Shown here one piece after another: positions 36,091 to 50,296 of a DNA stretch of 60,314 bases. The stretch lies in NCBI GenBank assembly GCA_001938485.1, contig MQRK01253351.1, positions 1 to 60,314 of the forward strand. Direction: 5' to 3'. The translations under genes were made by a program, and so were the position numbers. The notes beneath the pieces were generated by a model. It searched no databases. It saw only the letters and a list, made by a program, of their open reading frames with translations, and was not told where the DNA came from. The stretch comes from Girardia tigrina. Lineage: Eukaryota. Positions within the stretch are counted from its first letter, which is position 1. Each line of letters begins with the position of its first letter.

Positions 36091-36594
36091 CAAGTCACTC
36101 GACTGAATTTGCTGATGAGTCTTCAAACTTGGCCCGCTCGTGAACTCCGTGACGAGGGTCACATACTTAATCGTTTAAACATGAAATAGTCATCAAGGCG
36201 ATAAAGACAGCGTTATACAATGTATTAAAAGATAGACGGCTAAAAGAGGAGTAATTGATAACTGTCTTCACATAAATTGAGTATCTGCTAAGTTTAAGAC
36301 CAATTTAAGAGACAGCAACCATGGTACCAAAAAACTGAGTTGTAGAACTTGGAATCCATCATACATAAAAGCCCTTTTAAAAATCCTTAGAGTGCTTTAA
36401 ACACAATCACAGAAACCAATGATCCTCGTCAAACATGAAGTCAGAGTCACAAAAAATGAGCCCTTCTTGAAGGACTTTATAGCAAGCTTTCAGGTCCTGA
36501 GTATCATCATCGAATCTTTGTGTGTTCCTCTGCTCACGCGGATCTTTTCTAATTTAATAGTTCAAATTTTATTCAATTTATTTATTTAATTTAA

Positions 36595-39032
36595 CCCTTA
36601 AACGACCATTGGGTCTAGTGGACACCAAAAGGTTTTAAAATATAAATAACTTTAACAATTCAAATACAATTGAATCTAAACTATGAGACATTTCTTACAT
36701 AATATGGATGTAAAGTTTACCAAAAGTTGGTCCGTCTAACGTTTTTAGTTTTTTAGGAACAGGGTTTTTAAAAAATTGTCACAAATTATACCATGTGGGG
36801 TCTGTGAGACCCCAAATGAATAATTAGCAAAATGAAATATTAAAAGTATTGCAATGCATTTTGATCAGTAATAATAGCAAGATTCATATGTACATATGCT
36901 CATTGTATGCATGAGTTACTCAATTGGTATATAAAGGCTCATAAATGTCATGCACATACTTTTAGCCAGTTATATGTGAATATATTAGGTTATATAAGCG
37001 CACACGTTTATTGCCTTGTTTGCTGCTGCATTTATACATGTCTACGCACGGTCAGTCAGTTATATTCGAATTGTATGTACGTCTCTACAACTGCATAAAT
37101 TAGCATTTTCATTGTTTTCAAATCGTTTTATAAATTGTATATTTTTTTGAATATGTAACGTCCAACTAGAATAGCTGCAATTGAGGCGAAAAGACTCATA
37201 GCAATTGGTGATGATATTTTCGAAGGTTTAATTTTGAGTTATCTTTTGTAACATATAATTATTTTTTACTTGACCAGATGATGAAGAAAACGAAGAAGAT
37301 TTTTCAGAAGATGATGAAGTTGTTTCCAATCCAAGAGAGCAAGAAAGTAGTGACTATGATTTAGAAGTGGTAAACAATGATGAGCAAGGCGTTATGGTAT
37401 CTCGAAATGGCATTTAAATATGGGAACGTCGTTATATTTTTAATGCTGAAAGACAGCATAGACAACACCATATCTTACGTGAGGAGGCAGGGCCCACACG
37501 ATAAGCACTACAAAATGGTTGTGGTGACAGCCCATCGAGAGCGTCCAAAGTATTCTGTGGTTTAGATATAGTGGTCATTATCGTTCAAAACACCAACATA
37601 GAAGGCCGAATACACAACACTAATTGTATTTAACAAATTCTGATGAGTTGTATAGATTTTTCGGTCCCCTCCTGCTTGCCGGAGTTTATAGAGCGAAAAG
37701 CGCAGCAATCACTCAGCTTTGGAATGAACAACATGGTAGACCAATATTCAATAAATTGATGTCCCGGAATCGTTTTTGTGAATTGAGACGGCATTTACGC
37801 TTTGATGACAGGGCACACGTGAAGAACGTCGACGAGATGACAAATTGGCGCCAATTCGAAATGTCATTGACATTTTACAACAAAGTGCCGATCAAGTTAT
37901 AAACCCGAAGCAGTTGTCAAAGTTGATGAGCAATTTGTGACGTTTCGTGGACGTTGCCCATTCAAAATGTTTATTCCAAATAAGCCGGGTAAATATTGTA
38001 TGAAATTGTGGGTTGCAGCGGATGCAGGGAATTCCTATTGTGTCAACCTTCAAGTTTACACTGGTCGACGTGGTAGTGAACGTGAGGTGGGACAAGGTAC
38101 CAGAGTTGTACTTGAATTAACTGAGCATCTGACAAATACAGGTAGACACGTCGTTGGCGATAACTTCTTTACAAATATTGTGCTTGTTCGCGCTCTATTG
38201 ACACGTCGCTTGACTTACCTAGGGACTGTTCGTAAAAATAAAGGTGAACTGCCTATGCAAATGTTACCCACACGACAACGACAGGTTTTGTCAAGTACCT
38301 TTGGATTTCAACGGGACTGCACAATTGTTTCATACCTACCAAAGACAGGAAAAGCTGTAGTGCTTATGTCATCATTGTACCATGATGACTTGTGTGAGGA
38401 AGATGTTCCCTACAAACCCCACATAATTCTGGAATACAACTCACAGAAAGGTGGGGTTGACACTCTCGATCAAAATATGCGGTGCTACTCATCAAAACGA
38501 AAAACAAATACATGGCCATTTGCATTGATTTGCAATTTATTGGATATTGGCGCGTACAATGCTTTCGTGTTCTATACAGCTGTACATCCAAATTTCGCAA
38601 ATCAGGTTAGTCATCGTTCACGTATGTTTCTATTACAACTAGAGACCGAATTGGTGAAAGATGATAATCCACCAATGTTGCCTAACCCAGGTGGACCAAT
38701 TCGTCCCAATTAAAAGCGGCGATATCATTTGTGCCCCCGACAAAATGATCAAAAGTCTAGACAACAATGTGACATTTGTTATCAGGCAGTTTGCTTTGAG
38801 CACTCAATTCGTCGTTGTAATAAATGTCAATAAAACTTTTCATATTCTTGTCATTGTTTTATAAATTAATAAATTTGTATATTTTAATACTCTTAACTTA
38901 CTAGTGTGATGTTAGAGACTAATAAAATTAATTTTTTGATAATAGTAACCGTAAAAATATAGATTCTGTACTGGAGTCCAGAAGACCCCATTTGGTACTC
39001 AACGTGATTTTTTTTTCTTGGTCGTTTAAGAG
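36595..39032 (+). mobile_element. Full-length but decayed piggyBac transposon
   Basis: TTAA TSDs (36591-36594, 39033-39036) and TIRs CCCTTAAACGACCA / TGGTCGTTTAAGAG. Transposase motifs MSRNRF, VDEQ..FRGRC, KPGKY..K, GDNFFT, GTVRKNK, YN..KGGVD and a C-terminal Cys-rich domain. Frameshifted, with a probable short intron at ~37226-37278. Confidence 0.95.
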
Positions 39033-39801
39033 TTAAGGAGTTTAAACAAGTTGAGGATAAATAATAATAAACTATTTATTAAATATATTAAATTATTAAT
39101 TTTATTAGATTTTTTATTAGATAATTGTGAGTGGAATTAGTTATGTAAAAATAATTGTAAATAATTAAATATGTAATAATTATCGTGTACTTGCTGATGA
39201 AATTGATTGTGTTACTATTGTTGAGGTATTATCTTAAAATTTATATGTATTTGTTTTAAATTAATAAATATTATTACATAATTATATTTTCATAGATGGA
39301 ATATTTATGATAAGAATTATAAAATTATATTTTTATATAAATAAATGAGGCATTAAAGAAAAGTTTAAATAAATAAAAGAAGAAAAGAAGGATAAATATT
39401 TACAAGAAACATATAAATAATAAATTAAAATTAAAAAATAAAATTAATTTATTAATAAATGACCTAATATAAAAGGTCAAAAAAATATTAAGAAACAGAG
39501 AGTTATTGATCGAAAAAGTCAAGAAAGTCAAGAACAAAGAGTTATTGATTGAAAAAGTCAAGAAATCATGTCAAGTACAGAGTTATTGTTGATTTGAAAA
39601 ATCAAGTTTAGAAGTCAAGAGTTACTTGAAAGAATCCACGCTAAAAAATTGACTAGATTAATCTTCTAAGGCATATATAAGGAAATAACGAGAAAAAGAA
39701 AAAAATAAAATTACACTGAAATAGTGCGAGACTAGAAATAAAAAAGGAATTGACATTAAATAAATATTAAAAATTATATTTGTTATATATATATATATAT
39801 A

Positions 39802-39870
39802 CAGTGCCGGCTCTAGGCACAGGCAAGAGAGGCAGCTGCCTCGGGCGGCGTTTCGATGCAGAATTAATTG
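39802..39870 (+). mobile_element. Probable hAT terminal fragment adjacent to a (TA)n tract
   Basis: CAGTGCCGGCTCTAGGC...GGCAGCTGCC, typical of hAT-type ends. No partner end was found. Confidence 0.35.
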
Positions 39871-40299
39871 CAGCTGAACCGCCAGTCTCAGCGACATCAA
39901 CAAGAACCCTATTTCTATTTTCTAATTACTTTTAACCTTACAATGCGCAATTTTTTTAATTATCATAAAAAAATATGTTTAATGGGAAAATGGAACTGTC
40001 ATTTTTGTTGACAAAATATATTGCATCTATGACTTTTTGGGCAGTTATCATTCCGTAGACAATGTTTTTGGTTCACAGTATGTAAACACTCAAAGAATAT
40101 CACGTGATTAAAAGATATTGAGGTAAAATATGGTTGATTCAAATATGAATCACGGCGCATTGTAGGGTTAATACAATTTTAATTTGAAATATTTCATCAA
40201 AAAATATTTTCAAAATTACAATTTATTGATTGAATCAAAAAATATTCGCGATCGATTTTCTCATTTGATACAACAATAATAATAATCGATATCGATTGA

Positions 40300-40899
40300 T
40301 TATCGAATGTTCACTCTGCATCGGATAAATATTTGATCATTATCGATCAATGATCGATCATTATCACTCGATAATTCTTTCAATGACACAAATTTGCCAT
40401 TACCACAGATCAAATTTGAATCATTTATCGATTGCGGCTTTCGATTATCTATGTTATAACCAATACCACTGTCACACTTGTATCGATCGAAGTATTTGAC
40501 AGTCGAGCTGGTGTGAATTCGTGTCGCGTGTCGATCGATCAGCTGAAATGTTACGTCATGTTTGAACGGCCACGGTAAAATATCGTCATATTCGCCCCGC
40601 ATCACACGACACTGGACATTCAAATGAGTTGCAGCACAAGGATACACTCTCAGATACATTTTATATCCGTTTGTGTGAGAATAGAATGATTCACTGTCGA
40701 TACAAGATTGTTTCCTCTTCTCTGTCCATTGATCGATCCGCCACACGAATTCTCCTCCACAGTTCGCTTGATCTCGATTGTTCTGCAACACTCTCATTTC
40801 ATTCGTCATATTCGATATCGATTTATCTCTCTCTTTCGATATCGATTGCAAATCGGTGATTGTTTTATTGATTCCATCGATTTTCGTTTCACTTTCTCT
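40300..40899 (-). CDS. TRAF-family terminal exon (coiled coil and MATH/TRAF-C domain)
   Basis: Acceptor TTTTATTCAG at 40900-40909. GEFVWRID..., SESFYSHTNGYKMYLRVYP, VMRGEYDDILPWPF..VTFQLID, DQIFIRCRV. Open to the stop at 40300. Confidence 0.88.
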   Translation of the reverse strand, partial: RESETKIDGINKTITDLQSISKERDKSISNMTNEMRVLQNNRDQANCGGEFVWRIDQWTEKRKQSCIDSESFYSHTNGYKMYLRVYPCAATHLNVQCRVMRGEYDDILPWPFKHDVTFQLIDRHATRIHTSSTVKYFDRYKCDSGIGYNIDNRKPQSINDSNLICGNGKFVSLKELSSDNDRSLIDNDQIFIRCRVNIR

Positions 40900-43439
40900 C
40901 TGAATAAAATTATCGATTATTATTTTCACAATACATTTTATCATTTATCGATCATTATTATTTATCATCATTGATTATCGATTATTATTATCGATTATAA
41001 AGATTGTGTCTGGAAATATTTATTGAATTAAGAGAGACATTCTATGGAAAGAATCAAATAATTATCGATCTGCTCACATTTCTCTCTGGAATCAACACAA
41101 TAAATCGATCCAGAGAGAATTCACCTGGAAGATTACCTTAATATCGATGACAGTTTCTTCATTTTCCACAGACTTTAATTCTACAACTCCATAAAAATTA
41201 CGCAATCCTTAATATTGATTCTATTGTCAAACAGAAGCACAAATTTGAATCTGAAATTCAGTACCTCCACATGAAATTATCTGATTACCTTTACTATATA
41301 CGCAAATGAAACCTGCACGATGTTAACCTTTGCAATCGAATGATCAGCAACTATTTTTATTTAGTGAATTAATGCTTAATTAAGGCATTAATCTAAGATC
41401 ATTGGTAGATAACCTATTGTTCATTAACTGTGTGGTAACGATTAGTGACATGCACGCCCAAATGATTAAAATAATTGAAAATTTATTATTATATAATTCA
41501 TAATTTCACACAAAAATTTAATAATGACAATAATACACATAATACAAACAATTTTCTCGTTAATTTAACACAAATTCATTTTATTTTTAATTTATAATAA
41601 ACTTGATAGATTGTAAACTCTTTTTTCTTTTACACAATTATTGAGATTTTGTCGTTTTCTTAGAAATTTATTTTGAACTTTTTTTAGTTTTTATAAACTT
41701 TATATATTTTTTTATTTTTTTTTGAAATTGTAAATTAAAAAATTCATAAATTATTTAGCAATTTTAAAATTGTAAGTAACTCCTCACAACAATATTTATT
41801 ATTTACTTTATTTTCCAAAAAATCTTTTTTCATTGATTCTATTTTGTCATTCAGTGTTCTCATATCAGTTTTTAATTGATCGATAATTTCTGTCTACACA
41901 AAATATCCAATTGATAAAGAAGTAACATGAAACATTTACTTGATTTATTTTATCTTTCATTTCGAAAAGTTTTTCTTGAAATTCTCTATGACTGGTCTCA
42001 CATTTTAATTTGTAATTTTCACAAACTTTCTGAAATTAACACAAATTTTATTATTTATTATAAAACCAGATTTTCATTTGGATAAAGACGGTGCTTTTAA
42101 AAATAACAAATTATAAATTATACACAAAAATTCATTCGATTTTAAAATCATTTTATTGATGAAAATTGTGCTACTCCAGTCTAACGACCGAAATAAAAGA
42201 ACTGAATGTTGTTTAACTAAACTATATAAATTATGAAAAACTGGCACAATTTAAAATTTATTAATTATGTGAATAAACAAATAAATGTCCTCCAATTGTT
42301 ATTTGTCTTTTCGAAATAATAATTGATGAAACCGATTTCACATTCGAATGATTGGGAAAGAACCCACATTACACAAAAGCGGACCCAATCGGTCAGGTCC
42401 TGTGCACAATCGGTTCACACAATATGGAGACGCACAGCGGAACCACGCGACCACATAAACTGCGCGTTCTGGTCCTGGAAAGACGAACCGAGTGGATTAT
42501 TCACCACGTCGAGCTGCATGGGAGGTCGCGGAAAGAGGCACGCCGTAAGGGAAGCCGCAGCAAACCGGATAGGACACCGCTACTCAGCGGTGCACCAATC
42601 AGTATCGGTCGCGTCTAATCGAACTCTAGTCAGCACTGGACCGGCCGATTCGTTCCGATGAACGGTACTTTCCCGCAGAAGTAAGATGTGCTGGCCGCCG
42701 CCACTCGGTCCGAAAGTCATTTTTAAGGGCAAACAGAACTTAAGACCCGTACTTGTATATATATATATATATTTTAAGTAAAAATTATTTTAAATTTTAT
42801 TTTGTAGTTAAATTTATTAAAATATTTTTTTGAATTTTTGTCTATTATTTTTATTTCTATCATTATTATACCAGCCGGACGTCTACTTTCTATTTTCTGC
42901 ACAACATATTCATGTGTAGCATGGTACTCCACATTAATGTTTGTAAAAATCTAAATATCCTTCCTAATGAACAAATGACCATCTAATCGATTTGTTGAAA
43001 ACTAGTTTAACCAATTTCACACCAAATTTTAAAGATTTGACGAAAAATAGTCTACCAATGACATAGATGTAATAAATGAATTGATTTTACATATTTTTTA
43101 CTTATTTTGAAAATTAAATCTTGAATTATTTTTTTTAATACTGTATGAGTTTATGTTCTTGCAGAATTACATAACATTTGTTTTTGTATTAATTATTTCT
43201 ATAAGTAATATAAGTGCGGCTCTTGAAAAAAATATAAAAACTTCAATGCAGCTTCTATTGACCTCATACGTGGACACAGAGGTTATATAGGTATATTTTA
43301 TTTGCTTATTAATGTTTAAATCTGGAAGTTATTATGTCTTGAAAATATTGCACATATATCATTATCACTGTTTGATTGCATTTGGGGGTTGATTCAGCCG
43401 ATCCCCCTGATGCAAACTGGGCATGTAAAAAGACACTTC

Positions 43440-44240
43440 TACCGAAACTCGGGAAGCTAGCTTACAAATTTTTTTGGACATTCTACTGACAAATGGTCAA
43501 TCATACAGAATCCTTAAAAATTTCAACAGCTCACAATTCGAATCAGGTTCTATGACGCATATTCCTTATCCTCATATACCTTTGTTGGCTTGCAACATGG
43601 ACATGCAATGGATGGCCGAAGCTCCTCTACCTCGACTTGGTCATCGCTGTTTTCTTTTAGCTCTTGACTCTCTTTATGAAAAATTAAGTAGTTGTAAATG
43701 ACTATATACGGCTCTAATTGGTGAACCAAGTGAATTGACTTACCATTATGCTGAATATAGTAGACTCAACAAAATTGCACAAGATTTCCTCAATATCCAT
43801 AGTCCGATAAAACATATCTATTGTATTGGAGATAATCCTCAAACCGATGTCTAAGGCGCAAATTTATATAATCGATATCTTGAAGCTCAGCAAGCAAGAT
43901 GATTATCTGTAGAAATAGAAAAAGCTCGTCAGTCATTTGGAAATAATAACACAAATGATAATAATTACATTCCGTATTCATCCAGTGATTTCACTGTTAA
44001 TTCGACAACTTTTAACAATTCATCGGAAATTATACCAAATCATATAGAAAATCAGTACATGAAAATTATCGGAAATGAAACCGTTATCAAGGAAGGACAG
44101 CACCATGGACATGAACTCTCTTGTAGAATTGATGAACCAGAGTAACGTTAATCACAATCACAGAGATTTCCCAGACTATCCAGAACTAAAAGTCCGGGTT
44201 CACGTAGCACAGTGTTGATGAAGCAGCCTACGACAAAGAG
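43440..44240 (+). pseudogene. HDHD5: HAD-like hydrolase HDHD5/CECR5 fragment
   Basis: SLQIFLDILLTNG...PYPHIPLLACNMDMQWMAEAPLPRLGH.CFLL.L..LYEKL, IGEPSELTY.YAE, YCIGDNPQTDV*GANLYNRYL, HRDF. Contains stops and frameshifts. Confidence 0.88.
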
Positions 44241-45020
44241 AAATTCAGGATTTAAGTCTTTCTTATTTCTTTTGTGCACTGTATTCTAAATTTGGTCCAT
44301 CTCCAGCTCATTCTCTCCAACCAAATCATTCAAAGTCCAGTGAAATCCTGACATTCCTATTCAATACATGATTTCTACTTCGTCCGACTTTCTGACGGTT
44401 TACTGTGACATTTTCTTCAGGAATAATCACTGATTGATTATAACTAATAAACTGTTCTTTATTTTTTACTGTTTTACAAGAACGAGTTGATTATCAAATC
44501 CTCCTATTTTTAGGCATCGTTTTATTATCGTTCGTCGTAATATTTGAAGTATTATCAATTTTTGCGTTTTAACTAGAAGACAATAATTTACAAAAAATTT
44601 AATAAATAAAAATAAGAAAAATAATTTAAATTAAAAATATGCCAAAAAAGCAGAAACAAAAATTAAAGAAATTAAATAAAAATCACACCATGTGGTGTGA
44701 AGATGACCTGAATTTCGGCCGTTTGATTGGCCAATATTGATTTTGATTTGGTGTTTCGGCCTTTGTGATTGGCCCATTCAAATTTTGTCTGTAACTTTGG
44801 TTCATCTGAATTAGCGATTGTTTAAAATAAATAAAAATATTGTTGCTGGTCGAGTGTAATTTTTTGTGTGCGTTGTTCTCAATTAAAGAAAATTTGTGAA
44901 CTGTACTTGAAAATAAAAAGAAAATAATTTTCAAATTTCGTTCTCTCATTATTGATTTTTCGAACTTAAAAATTTCAGTCATTGATAAACTTGAATCAAT
45001 CAAGATAATTTAAAAAATAA

Positions 45021-45525
45021 ATGAGTACACTTTCATTCAACGGTTTATCGTCCGAACATTTAGATCTATGGTTGCCGAACAAATTAAAATTGTCGCCGAA
45101 AACAATTTATTTTAAGAACAAGAAAACCGGCAAAGGCGGTCATTTGGAATCAAGGGTCATCAAAACAGCGGAATGGATGTATCGAGTGCGTTGATTCCGC
45201 TTTTGCATCAAGTTGCACACGAAAAAGGGATATTATTTAAATGATTCATTTGAAAATGAATTTGAGAAAGTGACGAAATATTTCAATGATAATTGTCGAA
45301 TGGAAGCAAAAAACGCGGAGAGGGTTCTCAAAGGATGGAATTGGAGCACATCCTGTTTCGAGGATGAAAACATGAAGTCCATGATCGACGGAATGAGAAG
45401 CTTCGATTTCAATAAAAAGGACATTACCACTGTGAATAAAAACAAACACGAGCTGTTCCTCCAAGTTCAAAGATCAGAAGAAATAAATTTTGATAATGAA
45501 AATGATTTGTTCGAGATGCTGGTAC
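45021..45525 (+). pseudogene. SSRP1: FACT subunit SSRP1 N-terminal fragment
   Basis: MSTLSFN...KLKLS...IYFKNKKTGK ... EFEKVTKYF...VLKGWNW...F...NKHEL.LQ. Frameshifts and a stop, truncated. Confidence 0.8.
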
Positions 45526-46214
45526 ATCAATGCTTGAAGTAGGCCAGTAAAATCGGTGAGTTTAGATTGTATTTGTTTCCCTCCTGTCCAGAGAATAATG
45601 ATTCCTCAACCCCGAGACCCCGCATCCATGCTGCGCCCGCTCTGGCGCCAACAATCACAGACATTCTCTTTGTATCACAGAAACCACAAACTTCAATCAC
45701 ATCAAGTAATACAAATTAATTCATCATTACCAAAATATCTTCAATTATTTTATAATTCAACTCTCTAACAATTACATAATAATCGACATGTCTTTAACAT
45801 TTTATGATCATCATTCTGAGTTACTGGCCGTCACATTTTGAACGAACAGCTCTTCCAAATTTCCTGGATTTAGATTTTATTGGCATATTTTATTAGTTTA
45901 TCTATCGAATCTTTAAAACATTAAATTGTACAAATTAATCGAATATTGCTGATGTGCGTTTTTCATCAGTTTACTAAATAGGCTACCATTGTTGTATTTC
46001 AGAGGAAGATGAGATATATTTCTTCGTCTTGTGTTTATTCGATATCATATTAAAGTTCACTTTCTTTCTCAGATCTTGCAAATGTCTCAGTGCCATTTCA
46101 GGAGAGTATAAACTGGAAACGAAATCCCAGAAAATTGAGAACAAGTACAAATAGATTTGACGATTATTGGGAAGTTGACGACAGTTAATATCTTCTATAA
46201 TTGAATATTGAGCC

Positions 46215-46760
46215 AATAAACGCGACCACAGATTGAAGAATTCGTTTAGTTTCTTGTCAGAAATATTGCCTTTATTTTAAGTAGAGGTAATAGGTAAAGA
46301 AAATGACCAGATATCGTAGCACCATAGATGTACCGGATCCACTCCTTCCTAAAATGTAAATTGCCTGATTTTGTTTGGTTGATTTAAAATTTCGAAACGT
46401 ATTTTGAACTGTTGAATAAATGTGAGGTAGAATGTCTTCGGGGTTGGCACCTTGAAATAAATGCATCGCCTTTTCTGAAAAGCAGTTTAAACTTATCATT
46501 GGATTAATGTAGAGCACGTGTTTATCAACATATGTATGTATTAGATTCTTGGAAAACCTTAAACAGATATTATATAACAGAGATGATTCATTTAGATGAG
46601 GCAAGAGAAGCAAATTTTCTTCTAGATCATAAACCGTTGAGTTTGCTAAATGAACATCCTCTTCTGTTACTTCAATTTCAGAATCATTATCTGTTAATTT
46701 TATTAGACATTTTCCGTTGAGCTTTTTAATAATTGACCCATCATTACAATTAATCCACAC
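46215..46760 (-). pseudogene. MYO18: Myosin-XVIII motor-domain N-terminal fragment
   Basis: EEDVHLAN...E.L..L.HLNESSLLYN...RF...LIHTY..., FSEKAMHLFQG...ED..PHIYS.VQ..FR....KQNQAI.ILGRSGSG. Breaks off after the P-loop. Confidence 0.82.
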
Positions 46761-47579
46761 TTATTCCTCCATATTTTTTTGACTTCAAGTTGTACACTTT
46801 TAATTGATTCAAAGTTATTTTTTACTTTGTTATAATATTCATGGTAAATTTCATAAAAGCCTTGCTCTTCTTTTAACCAAAGCCGAACATTAACATGATT
46901 AAAAAAACAAATCTGTAAATCGTCGAAAGGGAAATTCCAAACATTCTGGTGGCGGTTGAATTGTTAGATTAACTTTGTTGTGACCACAATTTATTAATTT
47001 AATTAATTATTAATTTAATTTTAACAATCAAAACTTAATAACAAAAAAATGTGTAAAAAATGCGAAATTTAATTTAAAAAACAATGGAGTGAATCGACAA
47101 AATTAGAACATAAAAAAATGTCGGAAATTAATTTTAAAGAAACATTAATTAAGTTAATGTTTTAATAATTGTAATAATTTATAAATTTTTTAAAAAAATA
47201 AATTTTTCGTGCTGGAATGCGTTTTCAATCGTTCATTATTATATTTTCCACAAAAATCTGATTTTTTTTGTTACGACTGAAAATCCGATGTTGAACAATC
47301 CCATGAACGATTACTCGCCGAATCCGATCAATCATATCAACAGCACCAAAGGCGAGGAATTTGATTTCCCCGTGCTATCTCAGCTCGTTCGCCCTCAAAT
47401 CGAATCGACGTCTTTCCGGAGCTGTCGGACAAGATAGCCGCCCCCACAATATCCCAACGCCATCCGAAACCGATAGGTTATTATTATTTTTGAACGGTTT
47501 CTCGCGAAATATACTCCAGGTCACTGGTCGGTGATTGGACCCGTGGAGTCCCAACTGAGTCGGCGCAGCGTCCCCACCA

Positions 47580-47757
47580 CAAACTTCATCACCACAAGAC
47601 TTAATCAAATCGATTATATTTTTCCGAGTAACCTTAACCAATTTATTACCGGGTAACAACAGATTCTCCTTGTTCATATTAACTGGCTCGGAAAATATAG
47701 CTAATTGTTGGATTCACTGAAACTTCCATCGTCTATCGTAACCGTTCGACGAAATTG
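47580..47757 (-). pseudogene. MYO18: Myosin-XVIIIA-like PDZ fragment
   Basis: FRRTVTID...AIFSEP....LLLPGNKLVKV(deletion)TRKNIIDLIKSCGDEV vs recalled MYO18A LRRTT...HFAEP...LVPGDRLVEI...SRDEIVEMIRQSGDSV. Lies upstream of the motor fragment on the same strand. Confidence 0.6.
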
Positions 47758-48180
47758 CATTTTCTCAACACCAATACGAAATCGCCTTTAACAGTCGGTG
47801 AAATATCCAGTGAAGTTAATGTTTCGGAATAAATCGCACCGCATCGAGGAAGACTCAAAGTTTCTTTATACCAAATCGGATAACTGATGTCTTTTTCATC
47901 ATGATTATTGTCACTTTCATCTCCATTGATTTCAGATATTTTACAAATATACTGTTTTATGTAACGAATAATTTCGTGAATTCCATTGTGATTGACGATA
48001 TGGAAACCAAATTGTTTGAATGGTTCTATCAAATTAGAACATTCAAATCCGATAGTATGACTGTTATTTAAGTTGCATTTACCCCCCAAAAAATCAGAAA
48101 TTTGTCCGGAATTCGGTTTTCTTTTATACATAATGAATCGTTGAGTGCTTCAACTGTATCTTTAAATGGACAAAATGCCT
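47745..48180 (-). pseudogene. EDEM3-like fragment (region before and including the start of the PA domain)
   Basis: LIEPFKQFGFHIVNHNG ... ISYPIWYKETL ... VKGDFVLVLRKCNFVE resembles EDEM3 LEILKKMGVSLIHLKDG / VSHPFFGRVVL / VMGKIALIQRGQCMFAE. Similarity is weak. Confidence 0.45.
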
Positions 48181-48590
48181 GTAATTAGATTATACTAGGA
48201 ACTTTTTTATGTCATTAGCTGCCGAACGAACAGATTTAATGAGATGACCAATTTCTTCAAATACTTTGAATAGACAATAACCAGACAAATTTCTGTATAT
48301 TAAAAACATTTTTACCACGTTTTACATAGCTTCGTTTCTTCTCTGTCTGTCTGTCTGGAACAAATCTTGCGATTGATTTTTCGACCACTTTCAGTCATCC
48401 AATTGAGCTGAATTTTTTTATACAGGCTTGCTTCCGATGACAATACAATATTGTAAAACATAACTCCATGTTGGGCAATGTTTTGCAAGATGAAATTTTG
48501 GATGAGAGTCTGAAGAGTTTCGGAATGAATAAATTAAAAACGGCAAATCAAATTGGTGTCAATCATCACAAAACCTTATGACCGTGATGA

Positions 48591-48632
<42 letters not shown>

Positions 48633-49804
48633 CCATATATATTATACTANNNNNNNNNNNNNNNNNNNNNNNNNNNNNNNNNNNNNNNNNNNNNNNNNNG
48701 ATTGGTCAATTAGACATTTAAAATTATTTTTGGTGATTTAACTTTTGACTGATGATTAATATAATTTTGCGATTGAATCTTATTCATTATTGTTTAAAAA
48801 TATTAATGCTTTGATATAATTTATGTATCAAATTTTATATAATAATTATAAATTAAATTAGCGCGCTCGGCCCGCTTCGCGGCCCTCTCTTGCCGGGGGT
48901 TCATGTTATTAGATCACGTGACTTTTTTCTGAAAGCATTTTTATTGAAAATTTCAGTGTTTCGAGTATAAAAAATCGTATAACAAAAGTTTTTATTTCTG
49001 TTTAATAATGCAAAGTTTGAAAATCATATCTCGAGACAAAATGATATTTAAGAAATTACGGTTACAAAAATCGCATTCATTCTAATATCAGTCTAATATT
49101 TATTAATATACAATCATTTCTTTATTGATTATAAAATAATTTCAAAAATTTACCTTACAGCGTTAGTGAGGAAGTGAGGCAGGCCTGTGAGTGACTTGGG
49201 CTTTTATAAGATAAGATAATTAATTTAATTATTTTTTTTTAATTTTTAACATTTACTTTATTTAATATAACGTTTTTATTTAATTACTTTAATTAATATT
49301 ACTTTCATTATAATATTGGGTTCAACTAAAGTGTTAAATGGAATCGCAACGCGATCAACCATCATTTTAATGATGGTTAAATTAAAAAACTCAAAATATT
49401 ACAACTTTAACACTATGCTCTGCTATTTTTATGAATATCAATGCTCTGGAAAGAGTATCGTGTTAATTATGTCGTGTTGTTAGAAATTCAATGTCCAAAC
49501 GGTAGTCTAAATCAGATTATTGAGAATTTTTGACTGGATATCGATTTCATGCAATCAATTACATTTGTCTTTATATAAAAGTGAATTAAATTATTAATCA
49601 ATGACATGAAGATGACGGTTGATTCATCCAAATATATTGCCTATAAATACAATTTGAAATGGATGAATTTTAAAAATAATAAAAAAAATCATCCGGATTT
49701 AAACTATTCAATCGTTATCTGATCATATACGACCAAATGGTGTAGCAATACAGGCAATTTCAAGTTCAGATACATCATCAAATAAGCTTCTTATATACAA
49801 CGAC

Positions 49805-50296
49805 ATTTTAAATTGAGACTTTCATTTTGAATAGAGTTTTTTATTTTTATTAACTATTTTTGATATAGATTGGAGATTTTCGATTTTGATTTTTTATTAA
49901 GATTTGAATATTTTGATTAAACTTTAAATTTTTTGAAATCATTTTAAAAATTTTAATAATTATAATTGCATAATTATTATATGTTATACATATACTCTTA
50001 CACTTTTAACTAAAAAACTTACACTTTTAACTTATTACTTGTGCAATACGGGTAATAGAAAAATGTTTTATTACCATTATTATTTAATTATTTAAAAAAT
50101 TAGGAATAAAATTTACAAAATGTCTTTCAAAATTAAATATAAATTTGGTTTAAAAATAATAAAAATATATGTAAGTAAATAAATTTAAAATATTAAAATA
50201 AGTATGGATAATTATATAAAAATAATAAAATATACAAGAAAATGTATATACATAAAACATATACGATATATTTTAATTCATCAATTATCATTTAGA
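49805..50296 (-). repeat. Inverted copy of ~30356-30930 (interior and right arm of the foldback element)
   Basis: Long reverse-complement match, e.g. TTTTAATTCATCAATTATCATTTAGAC vs GTCTAAATGATAATTGATGAATTAAAA. Confidence 0.85.

Noticed and set aside
36100-36200. CTGATGAG as a possible hammerhead ribozyme core
   Set aside because: No stem II followed by GAAA and no closing stems could be found.
48270-48650. Possible non-autonomous Helitron/Helentron with a (CTGT)n tract
   Set aside because: The termini cannot be defined and the sequence runs into (TA)n and an assembly gap.
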